Shown one piece after another: positions 10,153 through 20,404 of a stretch of DNA of 26,816 nucleotides. Numbering within the stretch: position 1 is the stretch's first letter; each line of letters opens with the position of its first letter. The notes beneath the pieces are model-generated. The model worked only from the letters and a program-made list of their open reading frames with translations. It was not told where the DNA came from and ran no database searches. The translations under genes and the position numbers were made by a program. Origin of the DNA: a bacterium (lineage in GTDB: Bacteria > RBG-13-61-14 > DATKZS01); the NCBI GenBank assembly GCA_046484135.1, contig JAWOBU010000166.1:1-26816 (forward strand), read 5' to 3'.

Positions 10153-10209
10153 ATGTTCTGAAGGCAAAAAAGACCGAGTATTAAACCGTGTTTTAAAGGA
10201 GTGTTGGAA

Positions 10210-11874
10210 ATGTCGGACGATTACGAAAAGATCAGGAAAGCTAAACAAGAGTGGGACGAGGACGTCAAGAAAAAGCTGGAAAAGCGGCCGGAGCGAAAGC
10301 AGGAGTTCTCGAACAACTCTGGGATCCCGCTTCAGCGCACTTACACGCCGCTTGACGTAGAGGACCTGGATTACCTGGACGACCTGGGCTTTCCGGGCGA
10401 GTTCCCCTACACGCGGGGAGTACAGCCCACTATGTACCGGGGCAGATTGTGGACCATGCGCCAGTACGCGGGGTTCGGGTCCGCCCGGGAGACCAACCAG
10501 AGGTATCACTATCTCCTGGAGCAGGGCCAGACCGGCCTGTCCGTGGCCTTTGACCTGCCCACCCAGATCGGCTACGACTCCGACCACCCGCTGGCTCAGG
10601 GCGAGGTCGGCAAGGTGGGCGTGTGTATTGATTCCATCCGGGACATGAAGATATTGTTCGACCGGATACCGCTGGAGAAGGTAACCACGTCCATGACCAT
10701 CAACTCTCCCGCGGCAGTGCTTCTGGCCATGTACATCGTGGTGGCGGAAGAGCAGGGGCTGTCCCGCGACCAGTTGGGGGGCACCATCCAGAACGATATC
10801 CTGAAGGAGTACTCCTCGCGGGGGACCTACATCTTCCCGCCCGCGCCTTCCATGCGGATCATTACCGACATCTTCGACTTCTGCACCCGGGAGGTCCCCA
10901 AGTGGAACAGCATCTCGATCTCGGGCTATCACATGCGGGAGGCCGGCGCCACCGCGGTGCAGGAGGTCGCCTTTACCCTGGCCAACGGCATCGCCTATGT
11001 CAAGGCCGCGCTGGACGCGGGCATGGACGTGGACAAGTTCGGAGGCCGGCTCTCCTTCTTCTTTAACGCCCATCTCGACTTCATTGAGGAGATAGCCAAG
11101 TTCCGGGCGGCGAGGCGCCTGTGGGCCCGGATCATGAAAGAGAGGTTCGAGGCCCAGAACCCGAGAAGCTGGATGCTCCGGTTTCACACCCAGACCGCGG
11201 GCGTGTCCCTGACCGCGCGCCAGCCTATGAACAACATCATGCGGGTCGCATTCCAGGCGCTCTCCGCGGTGCTGGGCGGGACCCAGTCGCTTCACACCAA
11301 CTCCTATGACGAGGCGCTGGCGCTGCCTTCCGAGCAGTCCGTAAAGGTTGCGCTCCGGACCCAGCAGGTCATCGCCCACGAGATCGGAGTGGCCGACGTG
11401 GTGGACCCCCTGGCCGGGTCCTACTACGTGGAGAGTTTGACTGACGAGATCGAGAAGCAGGCCCGCGAGTACATCGAGAAGATAGACGACATGGGCGGGT
11501 CGGTAAAGGCCATCGAGCGGGGCTTCATCCAGCGGGAGATCGAGGACAGCGCTTACCGCTACCAGAAGGAGATCGAAAGCGGGGACAAGGTAGTAGTGGG
11601 TCAGAACCGGTTCCAGGAAGAAGAGGACCAGCCGGTGGACCTTCTCAAGCTGGACCCGGAGCTGGTCAAGGAGCAGGTGAACAAGCTGGAAAAATTAAGA
11701 GCGGAGCGCGACAACGACAAAGTCAAAAAGACCCTGGCCGACTTGAAAGCCGCGGCACAAGGCTCGGACAACCTCATGCCCGCCATAATAGAAGCGGTCA
11801 GGGCGGAAGCAACCCTGGGCGAAGTCTGCAACGTCCTCCGCGAAGTCTTCGGGGAGTACACCAGCATGGGTTGA
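10210..11874 (+). CDS. Methylmalonyl-CoA mutase, substrate-binding (large) subunit
   Basis: [18 protein letters not shown] (Tyr typical of MCM rather than the Phe of isobutyryl-CoA mutase), [31 protein letters not shown] 10210 chosen because AAGGAG lies 8 nt upstream. Confidence 0.95.
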   Translation: MSDDYEKIRKAKQEWDEDVKKKLEKRPERKQEFSNNSGIPLQRTYTPLDVEDLDYLDDLGFPGEFPYTRGVQPTMYRGRLWTMRQYAGFGSARETNQRYHYLLEQGQTGLSVAFDLPTQIGYDSDHPLAQGEVGKVGVCIDSIRDMKILFDRIPLEKVTTSMTINSPAAVLLAMYIVVAEEQGLSRDQLGGTIQNDILKEYSSRGTYIFPPAPSMRIITDIFDFCTREVPKWNSISISGYHMREAGATAVQEVAFTLANGIAYVKAALDAGMDVDKFGGRLSFFFNAHLDFIEEIAKFRAARRLWARIMKERFEAQNPRSWMLRFHTQTAGVSLTARQPMNNIMRVAFQALSAVLGGTQSLHTNSYDEALALPSEQSVKVALRTQQVIAHEIGVADVVDPLAGSYYVESLTDEIEKQAREYIEKIDDMGGSVKAIERGFIQREIEDSAYRYQKEIESGDKVVVGQNRFQEEEDQPVDLLKLDPELVKEQVNKLEKLRAERDNDKVKKTLADLKAAAQGSDNLMPAIIEAVRAEATLGEVCNVLREVFGEYTSMG

Positions 11875-11884
11875 TCACGGAATG

Positions 11885-11904
11885 TTTCACGCAAAGACGC
11901 AAAG
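11885..11904. repeat. Left inverted-repeat arm of the GxxExxY cassette
   Basis: TTTCACGCAAAGACGCAAAG matches the reverse complement of 12314-12333 (TCTCACGCAGAGGCGCAAAG) at 17/20. Confidence 0.85.
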
Positions 11905-11906
11905 TT

Positions 11907-12302
11907 ATGAAAGAAAACGAACTGAGTAAAGTAATAATAGGATCCGCGATGGAAGTACATAAAGAGTTAGGGCCTGGTTTACTGGAGTCGGTTTATGAAG
12001 AGTGCTTTTGCAGGGAGTTGATGTTGCGCGGTCTGACTCATGTGCGGCAAGTACAGGTTCCTATATTATATAAGGGAGTCAGACTTGATTGCGGCCATCG
12101 AATAGATGTAATAGTAGAAGACAGTGTTATAGTAGAGATCAAGTCAGTGGACAAGTTAAATCCGGTTCATAAAAAACAGCTTTTAACATACCTTCGCCTC
12201 TTGGACAAGAGACCGGGGCTTTTAATCAACTTCAATATAGACTATCTAAAAAGCGGCATAGCAAGGGTTGCAAACGGACTTAACGAACAAGATGCAGTTT
12301 AA
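11907..12302 (+). CDS. GxxExxY protein (predicted PD-(D/E)XK nuclease fold)
   Basis: IIGSAMEVHKELGPGLLESVYEEC, RIDVIVEDSVIVEIKSV, HKKQLLTYL, GLLINFN; AT-richer than neighbours. Confidence 0.93.
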   Translation: MKENELSKVIIGSAMEVHKELGPGLLESVYEECFCRELMLRGLTHVRQVQVPILYKGVRLDCGHRIDVIVEDSVIVEIKSVDKLNPVHKKQLLTYLRLLDKRPGLLINFNIDYLKSGIARVANGLNEQDAV

Positions 12303-12305
12303 AAT

Positions 12306-12333
12306 CTTCGCGCCTTTGCGCCTCTGCGTGAGA
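12306..12333. repeat. Right inverted-repeat arm of the GxxExxY cassette (three 8-bp-period units)
   Basis: CTTCGCG-C-CTTTGCG-C-CTCTGCG-TGAGA begins 3 nt after the stop codon. Confidence 0.85.
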
Positions 12334-12364
12334 CCCTCTTTTGGATTTTAGAAAGGAGCAGGAA

Positions 12365-12763
12365 ATGAGTTCGAAGATACGCGTTGTGGTGGCCAAGCCG
12401 GGCTTGGACGGGCATGACCGGGGCGCCAAGGTGGTTGCCCGCGCTCTCCGGGACGCGGGCATGGAGGTCATCTACACCGGCCTGCGCCAGACCCCTGAGC
12501 AGGTGGTGTCCGCGGTCCTCCAGGAGGACGCCGACGTGCTGGGACTGTCCAGCCTGTCGGGAGCACACGACTTTCTTTTCCCAAAAATCATGGAGCTTCT
12601 GAAGTCGCAGGGCATGGAGAACGTGCTGGTCCTGGCCGGCGGCATCTTTCCGCCCGAGGACCTCGACAAGCTCCGCGAGCTGGGGATCAAGGGTGTGTTC
12701 GGGCCGGGCGCTGACACCGAAGAGATCGTGGGGTTCATAAAGGAGAACCTGAACAAGAACTGA
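12365..12763 (+). CDS. Methylmalonyl-CoA mutase, cobalamin-binding (small) subunit
   Basis: [12 protein letters not shown] (DxHxxG), [29 protein letters not shown] before ATG 12365. Confidence 0.95.
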   Translation: MSSKIRVVVAKPGLDGHDRGAKVVARALRDAGMEVIYTGLRQTPEQVVSAVLQEDADVLGLSSLSGAHDFLFPKIMELLKSQGMENVLVLAGGIFPPEDLDKLRELGIKGVFGPGADTEEIVGFIKENLNKN

Positions 12764-12789
12764 AGGCCGAGGCCTGAAAGGAGTTTTAG

Positions 12790-13197
12790 ATGAAGGTATT
12801 AAAAGTTGATCACATCGGGATAGCTGTTCCCGATCTTGGCGAGGCGCTCAAGTTTTACGAGGGGCTTCTGGGGCTCAACTCCGCGGGCACCGAGGAGGTC
12901 GAGGAGCAGAAGGTTAAAACCGCGTTCCTGCCGACCGGAGACTCCGAGCTCGAGCTTCTCGAGTCCACCGACCCGGAAGGGCCCATCGCCAAGTTCATCG
13001 AGAAGAAGGGCGCGGGCATCCAGCACATCGCTTTGCGGGTGGACGACATTGACGGCGCGCTTGCCGAGCTCAAGGAAGCGGGCATAAAGCTCATAGACGA
13101 GAAACCGCGCTACGGCGCGGGCGGCGCCCGGATAGCCTTCCTTCATCCCAAGGCCACCGGCGGCGTGCTGCTCGAACTTTGCCAGCGGGAAGACTGA
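12790..13197 (+). CDS. mce: Methylmalonyl-CoA epimerase
   Basis: DHIGIAV, ELLE, GIQHIAL, AFLHPKATGGVLLEL; mutase context. Confidence 0.95.
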   Translation: MKVLKVDHIGIAVPDLGEALKFYEGLLGLNSAGTEEVEEQKVKTAFLPTGDSELELLESTDPEGPIAKFIEKKGAGIQHIALRVDDIDGALAELKEAGIKLIDEKPRYGAGGARIAFLHPKATGGVLLELCQRED

Positions 13198-13208
13198 GGA
13201 GGCATGGA

Positions 13209-14393
13209 TTGAACATTCACGAGTTTCAGGCCAAGCAGGTCATGGAGTACTTCGAGATACCCGTGCCCAAGGGCAGCATGACCGAGTCGCCGCGAGGCGC
13301 TGAGATACTGGCCGAGAAGATTCTGGAAGACCCGGAGAAGTCGGACACCGCGGTCATAAAGGCCCAGGTGCATGCCGGCGGACGGGGCAAGGCCGGCGGC
13401 ATCAAGCTGGTAAAAAGCGCTTCCGAGTCCAGGGAGGCTGCTGAGGAGCTTCTTGGCATGACCCTGGTGAGTCCCCAGACCGGGCCGGAGGGCAAGAAGG
13501 TAAAGAAGCTTCTGGTCGAGGAAGGCACGGACATCGCCCGGGAGCTTTATATCTCGGTTATACTGGACCGCGGCTCTGTCATGCCCGCCATAGTGGCTTC
13601 CGCTGCCGGAGGGGTAGAGATAGAAGAGGTCGCCCGAGAAACCCCGGAGAAGATCACCACCGAAAGGATTGACCCGGTGCTGGGACTGCGCGACTTCCAG
13701 CTCCGGCGCCTTAACAAGACCCTGGGCCTGTCCGGAGACCTGGGCAAGCAAGGCGCAAACCTGTTCATGAACCTGTTCCACCTTTTCATGGAGATGGACC
13801 TACGGCTCGTCGAGATAAACCCGCTGGTGGTTACTAAAGACAACCTCCTCCTGGCCCTGGACGCCAAGCTCGACTTCGAGGACAGCGCGCTTTACCGCCA
13901 TCCTGACATCGAGAGCCTGCGCGACCCGGACGAGGAGGACCCGCTCGAGGTAGACGCTTCCCGCTATAGCCTGAACTACATCAAGCTGGACGGCAACGTG
14001 GGCTGCATGGTGAACGGCGCCGGCCTGGCCATGGCAACCATGGACCTCATCCAGACCGCGGGGCTTATGCCGGCCAACTTCCTGGACGTGGGAGGAGGAG
14101 CAGACCAGGAGATGATCGAAAACGCCTTCCGCATCCTCACATCGGACCCGAACGTCAAGGGAGTGCTCATAAACATCTTCGGAGGAATTCTGCGCTGCGA
14201 CGTGCTGGCCCGCGGCATCGTGGAAGCGGGAAAAAAGCTCGAACTCGGCATGCCCATGGTGGTCCGGCTGGAGGGGACCAACAAGGAAGAAGGACAATCC
14301 ATCCTTTCCGAAAGCGGCATGAACTTCACGGTGGCCGAGAACTTCCGGGACGCCGCCCAAAAGCTCGGCCAGGTCATGAAGGGAGCGGCGTGA
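13209..14393 (+). CDS. sucC: Succinyl-CoA synthetase beta subunit
   Basis: (M)NIHEFQAK from TTG 13209 behind GAGGAGG, KAQVHAGGRGKAGG, EINPL, CMVNGAGLAMATMD, NFLDVGGG, NIFGGI.RCD, RLEGTN. Confidence 0.96.
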   Translation: MNIHEFQAKQVMEYFEIPVPKGSMTESPRGAEILAEKILEDPEKSDTAVIKAQVHAGGRGKAGGIKLVKSASESREAAEELLGMTLVSPQTGPEGKKVKKLLVEEGTDIARELYISVILDRGSVMPAIVASAAGGVEIEEVARETPEKITTERIDPVLGLRDFQLRRLNKTLGLSGDLGKQGANLFMNLFHLFMEMDLRLVEINPLVVTKDNLLLALDAKLDFEDSALYRHPDIESLRDPDEEDPLEVDASRYSLNYIKLDGNVGCMVNGAGLAMATMDLIQTAGLMPANFLDVGGGADQEMIENAFRILTSDPNVKGVLINIFGGILRCDVLARGIVEAGKKLELGMPMVVRLEGTNKEEGQSILSESGMNFTVAENFRDAAQKLGQVMKGAA

Positions 14394-14639
14394 AACAGAC
14401 ATCCTGAGACTGAGTAACTTGCACGAGGAACTGTACCAAAATTAAAAGCTTTCCCTGCAAGCTCGTTGACGTAGCCGCACCGAAATATTGGGCGGCAAGT
14501 TCGTTCCTTTAAGAATTGGCTCCTAAAAAGAATCTGTGGGGGAGTACGCTGCCCTCAAATGCGACATAAAGTTTGATGTTAGAAACTCTCTCCCCCAAAG
14601 TAGCTTTATAGCTCTTACTTAATGCCTTTTGAAGTTCAC

Positions 14640-14801
14640 TTAATTTTTCTTTCTTCTGGTCTGGGCGGTCATGGAGGATTTCGTCATTATTCTTTGTTTC
14701 CATTCCGGCCACTCATCCACTATCTTCGCCGATCTCTCTAGATGCAAAGTGAACTCATCTTTTTCTTTTCCATTACTCCCCTGGCTATCCTTTCTCTTCA
14801 T
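14640..14801 (-). CDS. Small 53-aa protein downstream of the dCTP deaminase (below the ORF-track cutoff)
   Basis: MKRKDSQGSNGKEKDEFTLHLERSAKIVDEWPEWKQRIMTKSSMTAQTRRKKN*; GGGAGGAG RBS just upstream; overlaps the deaminase 3' end by 17 nt. Confidence 0.6.
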   Translation of the reverse strand: MKRKDSQGSNGKEKDEFTLHLERSAKIVDEWPEWKQRIMTKSSMTAQTRRKKN

Positions 14802-16278
14802 CTCTCTCCTCCCTGTTTTTCTCCGCTTCCATAAACTGCTTATTTGCTATTAATTCAAAATCAAGATATGATCCTGGTTGCATATTAAGTCGTGGTCTAG
14901 CTTCTTCCAAGGTCCAATCCAAAATTTCTCCTTTATCATTTTTCCTTCTTAATATTCTGCCAGAACCAAGTTTCAAGGAGAACAGATCAAAGAATCTTCG
15001 TGGGCCTACGCCGATAAAGGATTCAAAAGATAGTAATGATCTGTTCCCATTCATTTTAAGGCAAATAGAATCATCATGGAAATCCGTTGCCTTGCTTTTC
15101 TGATATGGCTCAACATAGACAACCCTGGAAATGCCGGCGGCAATAATGTGTTTAGCACAATTATGGCAGGGAAAGGTTGTGCAATAGAGAGTAGCTCCTC
15201 GGGTACTCACATTATTCCTTGCACAGGATAATAAGGCTTCCATTTCTGCATGTACTACTCTGCCATATTCAGTGATATCACGAATTCTGCTTTCTTCTAA
15301 AACCTCTTCCATTTTGTGAGGATCAATATTTTTTTCTCTGGCGGAATTAATAATGCTGGCAATGATGTCTTCTTGCTCTTTAACATTGCTGTCATATCCT
15401 CTCATTAAGTCTCGACCGTTTTCATAATCAATAACCTTTTTTTTATTCCCGTCCAACACAGGCCAGTAACGTCCGCCTCCATATCGAGGACAATCATTTG
15501 CTCCTGTAGCCAGGATATCATCTTTTTTGGCAACAACCGCGCCAACCTGTCTTGAAAGATCTCCTGAACTAAGAGAAGCGGCATAAGCCAGGAACATTGC
15601 ATACTCATCAAATGTCGGAGTAATATATGGATTCCCAAAGAGGATGTCAACTATACGCCAAAGGCTGCTCTTGAGCCACTCTTGATCATCGGAGCTTACG
15701 AAGAAATCGGACATATGGAATGTTTCCGCAACTTTCTGTCCATATGGCGACTCTCCATCTTCATCGCGTTTCATAAGTTCTTTTGCTTCTGCCTCTTGCA
15801 TTCTTTTATTTTCAATCAGATATGATTCTCTACGTTTTGTATCTGAATACACGCCAACTAAATAGAAACCATTGGGGTAAATCTCTCGCAGCTTCAATAC
15901 TTCCTCAGGGCGTTTTAGAGAGTTTACGATATAACAATTACCTGGTTTGGGTTCCGGACCATTCTTCCCCCGCATAGATGATATCCTTGCGGCAATTCCC
16001 AAAGCTAAGATATTATTGTCATCGTTATTCTTTCTGGCAGAATCTCCGGCATCCATAAAAGCCTTTATTCGAGAGTATTCGTCTCTTTCGTCGAAATCTT
16101 CGATTTTTTCCAATCTACGAATGATATGTTCAGAAACTTTAATTTGATGCACTTCATAAGCAGCTACTTTAAGACGCTCGGATAAAATTTTTTCCACCTC
16201 TTGAAGCTCACTCCCAATCGCTCCAACAAGAGCAATAATTAATTCGGGATCTTCAACATTCTCCTCATTGTATTTCAT
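14785..16278 (-). CDS. Anti-phage dCTP deaminase (P-loop kinase-like domain + deoxycytidylate deaminase domain; AvcD-related)
   Basis: N-terminal IALVGAIGS and SLKRPEEV..LR; C-terminal PTFDEYAM, DLSRQVGA, G.ND.P..GGG.Y, HAEMEA and TTFPCHNC zinc-deaminase motifs, YVEPY.KS. Confidence 0.92.
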   Translation of the reverse strand: MKYNEENVEDPELIIALVGAIGSELQEVEKILSERLKVAAYEVHQIKVSEHIIRRLEKIEDFDERDEYSRIKAFMDAGDSARKNNDDNNILALGIAARISSMRGKNGPEPKPGNCYIVNSLKRPEEVLKLREIYPNGFYLVGVYSDTKRRESYLIENKRMQEAEAKELMKRDEDGESPYGQKVAETFHMSDFFVSSDDQEWLKSSLWRIVDILFGNPYITPTFDEYAMFLAYAASLSSGDLSRQVGAVVAKKDDILATGANDCPRYGGGRYWPVLDGNKKKVIDYENGRDLMRGYDSNVKEQEDIIASIINSAREKNIDPHKMEEVLEESRIRDITEYGRVVHAEMEALLSCARNNVSTRGATLYCTTFPCHNCAKHIIAAGISRVVYVEPYQKSKATDFHDDSICLKMNGNRSLLSFESFIGVGPRRFFDLFSLKLGSGRILRRKNDKGEILDWTLEEARPRLNMQPGSYLDFELIANKQFMEAEKNREERDEEKG

Positions 16279-16297
16279 CTATCATTACCTTTAACCC

Positions 16298-16325
16298 ATA
16301 ATATAGTTGCATAACAAAAAGTCAA
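16298..16325 (-). promoter_or_regulatory. Candidate sigma70 promoter for the deaminase
   Basis: Minus strand TTGACT-16 nt-TATTAT, ending about 20 nt before the ATG. Confidence 0.5.
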
Positions 16326-16353
16326 CATAACGCCATATCTTATAAATCCAGTA

Positions 16354-16641
16354 TTAAAGTTGTCTCTTCCTTCCGATAAAGCCGTACAGCCTTTCGATCT
16401 CGCGCTGAGTGATTCCGGCCCGCTCGCGCATCTCGGCGATGCGGTTTTTTATGAACTCCTCCTTGACCTCGTTCCAGGTAAGCACCGGGTCTTTCGGGTC
16501 CTTCGCGATCCTTTCAGCCTCGGCCAGGTCAATCGCGTCCAGGAGGCGGTCGTAGTCCTCCTCGTCCATGATCACCAGCTTCTTGCCGCCGACCTCGACC
16601 ACTTGCGGGTTTATGTCAGTGCGCTTTTTCTTCCCGGCCAT
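16354..16641 (-). pseudogene. Antitoxin-like protein with a truncated XRE HTH
   Basis: PQVVEVGGKKLVIMDEEDYDRLLDAID resembles Phd-like antitoxin N-termini. NRIAEMRERAGITQRE is an XRE-HTH start that ends prematurely. AAGGAGG RBS present; no adjacent toxin. Confidence 0.6.
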
Positions 16642-16684
16642 TTCAGCGCCTCCTTAAAACTTTTCGTTCTGGAGGAGTCCTCTT

Positions 16685-17923
<1,239 letters not shown>

Positions 17924-18044
17924 GAATAAAAACACGCCTCCTTCCGTCTACTGCTGATTGCGGCCTTTCCGGACAAAGGCACAAGTTGAAATAATAGCAC
18001 GGCAAAAGTAGACGTTCTAATCAGGTTTGATCCGTACCACCCGG

Positions 18045-19376
18045 TTACGAACGAAAGGGGGACCGGGCCAGCTCTTTTAAAGCGTTCATCTTTTTCAAGG
18101 TAAGGTCAAGGTGCACGCAAGGAAGGAGGGTGTTGTTTTGAAAGAGCGGCTCGGAAGCTATGTCATAGCGGGAACACGCTAGAGCTTTGTCCCACAAAGT
18201 CGTGCCCCGGATGGGCGAGAACTCGCTTAGATACGGCCTGCCGCCCGCTTTTATGACCGCGTTGATCCCGTCCTCGATCTCGGAGGGAGGCTGCTCCGGC
18301 ACGCCCGCAAGAAGATACGCACCGATCTCGCGCTGCTCGTACCCCGCCTTATGCAGCTTTATACAAGCGGCCGCAAAATCATCCCATGACGCTTTGTCTC
18401 CGAGCGAGCGTCTCCTCTCGGGAGATGTGGTTTCGAGGCCGAAGCGCAAAGTGGACACATTGGCCCGCCGCAAAAGATTGGCAAGCTCTTGATCCAGCCC
18501 CCGGACGTGGAGCGCATTTATGGCATGAAGCCTGAGGGGGGCCGAAAGCCTTATAACCCCCTCCAGTATTGCGTGCAAGTGGTCGTCTCCTCCCGCCCGC
18601 AAAGCATCGTCGAAAAAGGCAACGTCGGTAATGTTGAAATCGCGATAGAGCCGCGCAAGCTCCGACACAACGTCCTCCGGCTCCCGCCGCTTCAGACCGC
18701 CGTGAAGACGCGGCACCGCGCAGTAAGCGCAATGATAGGGGCAACCCCGCCCGGTGAGAACTGCTGCGGAGAGAAGGCCGTGGTATAGATTCCACGCGGG
18801 GAAAAGCTCTTGGGCCGGCAGCTCAGCAGGAAGCCCGAGCCGCTCAAGTAGCGGAGGCACGCTTGTCCGGAAGTCGCCCGCCGCCACGTGGTCGGCGCCG
18901 GTCTCGCGGTCGGCGTGTTCGGGAAGGAGCGTAGCATAGATGCCGCCGACTATAACCGGAGTGTCGGGAAAGCGCCAGCGCAAGTACTCGATGGTTTCCT
19001 TCACGCCGGTGTACCAGTAGGTCATGACCGTGTTCACGAACACCACGTCGGGCGCGGGAGTTTTTCTGAGCAGGGTTTTAAAGGCGGCCGGCGGAATACC
19101 GTACCGCTTCCATCTTCGCGGAAAGAAGGAGAGCTTCCCGGGTTTTTCTATGACCTCCTGGTCGAACTTGCCCGACCCGTTCGACTTCCTTGCGGGAAGC
19201 GGGTCCTCTCTGCCGATATAGTAAGGATGCAGGCAGTCTATAAGCGAAACTTCATACCCGGCCTCTCGCAAGGCCGCGCCCAGACAGAGCAGACCCAAAG
19301 GCCGCGCCCAGAAGTCATAAGCGGCAAAGTCATGTATCCAGGGGTTAACAAGCAGCGCGCGATATTCCTGTCTCAC
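18045..19376 (-). CDS. Cobalamin-binding-domain radical SAM protein
   Basis: LLVNPWIHDFAAYDFW.RPLGLL, GGIYATL, GRGCPYHCAYC, FFDD, GLET. GTG start at 19376 overlaps the SDR stop (GTGA). Confidence 0.88.
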   Translation of the reverse strand: MRQEYRALLVNPWIHDFAAYDFWARPLGLLCLGAALREAGYEVSLIDCLHPYYIGREDPLPARKSNGSGKFDQEVIEKPGKLSFFPRRWKRYGIPPAAFKTLLRKTPAPDVVFVNTVMTYWYTGVKETIEYLRWRFPDTPVIVGGIYATLLPEHADRETGADHVAAGDFRTSVPPLLERLGLPAELPAQELFPAWNLYHGLLSAAVLTGRGCPYHCAYCAVPRLHGGLKRREPEDVVSELARLYRDFNITDVAFFDDALRAGGDDHLHAILEGVIRLSAPLRLHAINALHVRGLDQELANLLRRANVSTLRFGLETTSPERRRSLGDKASWDDFAAACIKLHKAGYEQREIGAYLLAGVPEQPPSEIEDGINAVIKAGGRPYLSEFSPIRGTTLWDKALACSRYDIASEPLFQNNTLLPCVHLDLTLKKMNALKELARSPFRS

Positions 19377-20287
19377 ACCATCGGGTCCCAGCTTATGTAC
19401 TTGCCCGAGTAGTCCAGGGGGTGGAAGTGCGGGGCCATGGTCTGTTCGAGAATGTCCGCGAGCTTGTCTGTTGTCCATCCCTCGCTGTCGTGTATGGACC
19501 GGACGATGCGGGGCTGGGAGAAGAGGTATATCTCTTTTCCTCGCACTCCGAACACCTGGCTGGTTATGTTCTGCGCTTGGTCCGATGCCAGGAACACGGC
19601 GAGGGGGGCCACGTCCGCGGGCGTCATCTTTTTGATCTTTTCCACCTTGGCGGCCTGCTCGGGGTCGTCGGTTGGAATGGTCGCGATAAGGCGGGTCCAG
19701 GCGAACGGCGCGATGCAGTTCGAGGTCACGTTATACCTGGCGAGGTCCAGGGCCGCGCTCCTGGAGAGGCCCACAATTCCCAGCTTGGCTGCTGCGTAGT
19801 TGGCTTGTCCGATGTTTCCGATGAGTCCTGCGGTAGAAGTAAAGTGGATAAGCCGTCCCGCCTTCTGCTCGCGGAAGTGGGGGGCCACCGCCCGGGTGCA
19901 GTAGAAGGACCCGTAAAGATGGGTCTTCACCACGCTGTCCCACTCTTCATCGCTCATCTTGAAAAGGATGCGGTCGCGCAGGATGCCGGCGTTATTGATA
20001 AGTACGTCAATGCGGCCGAAGCTGTCCAGGGCGGCCTGCGCCAGGTTCCGGCCCGTCTCCCACGTGCCGACCGGGTCGTAGTTGGCGACAGCCTCGCCGC
20101 CCAGCTCTTTTATCTCGGCTACCACCTCGTCCGCGACCTTGGCGTCCGACCCTTCCCCTGACTCGCTCACGCCCGGATCGTTGACAACAACACTCGCGCC
20201 CTCTTTGGCCATGAGAAGCGCGATCTCTTTGCCGATGCCGCGGCCCGAGCCCGTAACTATCGCCGCCTTGCCTTCAAGCATTCCCAT
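19373..20287 (-). CDS. SDR-family NAD(P)-dependent oxidoreductase (3-hydroxyacyl-CoA dehydrogenase-like)
   Basis: TGSGRGIG, VVVND.G, NNAGILRD, GQANYAAAK; ATG 20287 with AAGGGGG upstream. Confidence 0.92.
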   Translation of the reverse strand: MGMLEGKAAIVTGSGRGIGKEIALLMAKEGASVVVNDPGVSESGEGSDAKVADEVVAEIKELGGEAVANYDPVGTWETGRNLAQAALDSFGRIDVLINNAGILRDRILFKMSDEEWDSVVKTHLYGSFYCTRAVAPHFREQKAGRLIHFTSTAGLIGNIGQANYAAAKLGIVGLSRSAALDLARYNVTSNCIAPFAWTRLIATIPTDDPEQAAKVEKIKKMTPADVAPLAVFLASDQAQNITSQVFGVRGKEIYLFSQPRIVRSIHDSEGWTTDKLADILEQTMAPHFHPLDYSGKYISWDPMV

Positions 20288-20404
20288 GTCATAAGACCCC
20301 CTTAAGTAAGTTTGGTGCCGGAAGCGGGAAGAGAGCTGCCGAAAAATCAAGCAGTGCAAGCGACTTCTGTCGTCAACGAACAGGCTCTCCCGCCCGTCAA
20401 ACCA

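Larger units (their letters stand above)
14394..16684. mobile_element. Small accessory/defence islet between convergent sucC and icd (boundaries approximate)
   Basis: Abrupt shift to AT-rich sequence from about 14400 to 16370; contains a defence gene and a truncated antitoxin-like gene. No integrase or att repeat seen. Confidence 0.5.

Noticed and set aside
10078..11379. Long antisense or alternative-frame ORFs (also 1957-3060, 8954-9841, 17093-17929, 21364-22368, 25210-26550)
   Set aside because: Shadows of well-supported genes in GC-rich DNA, with no recognisable motifs.
14502..14510. CGTTCCTTT shared with the icd 3' end (about 16697-16705) as a possible att duplication
   Set aside because: Only 9 bp with divergent flanks; compatible with chance.
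14400..14510. Integron attC site or IS end at the islet edge
   Set aside because: No correctly oriented RYYYAAC...GTTRRRY pair; the short inverted matches are not nested. Only a weak GCCGC/GCGGC hairpin (14474-14496) is present.
14509..14712. 67-aa minus-strand ORF in the islet
   Set aside because: Overlaps the better-supported 53-aa ORF, weak start context, no motif. Not fully excluded.
19377..19478. Extended N-termini given by the ORF track (radical SAM, SDR, sucC, GxxExxY, mutase subunits, icd)
   Set aside because: Downstream starts fit SD positions, stop/start overlaps and family N-termini better.
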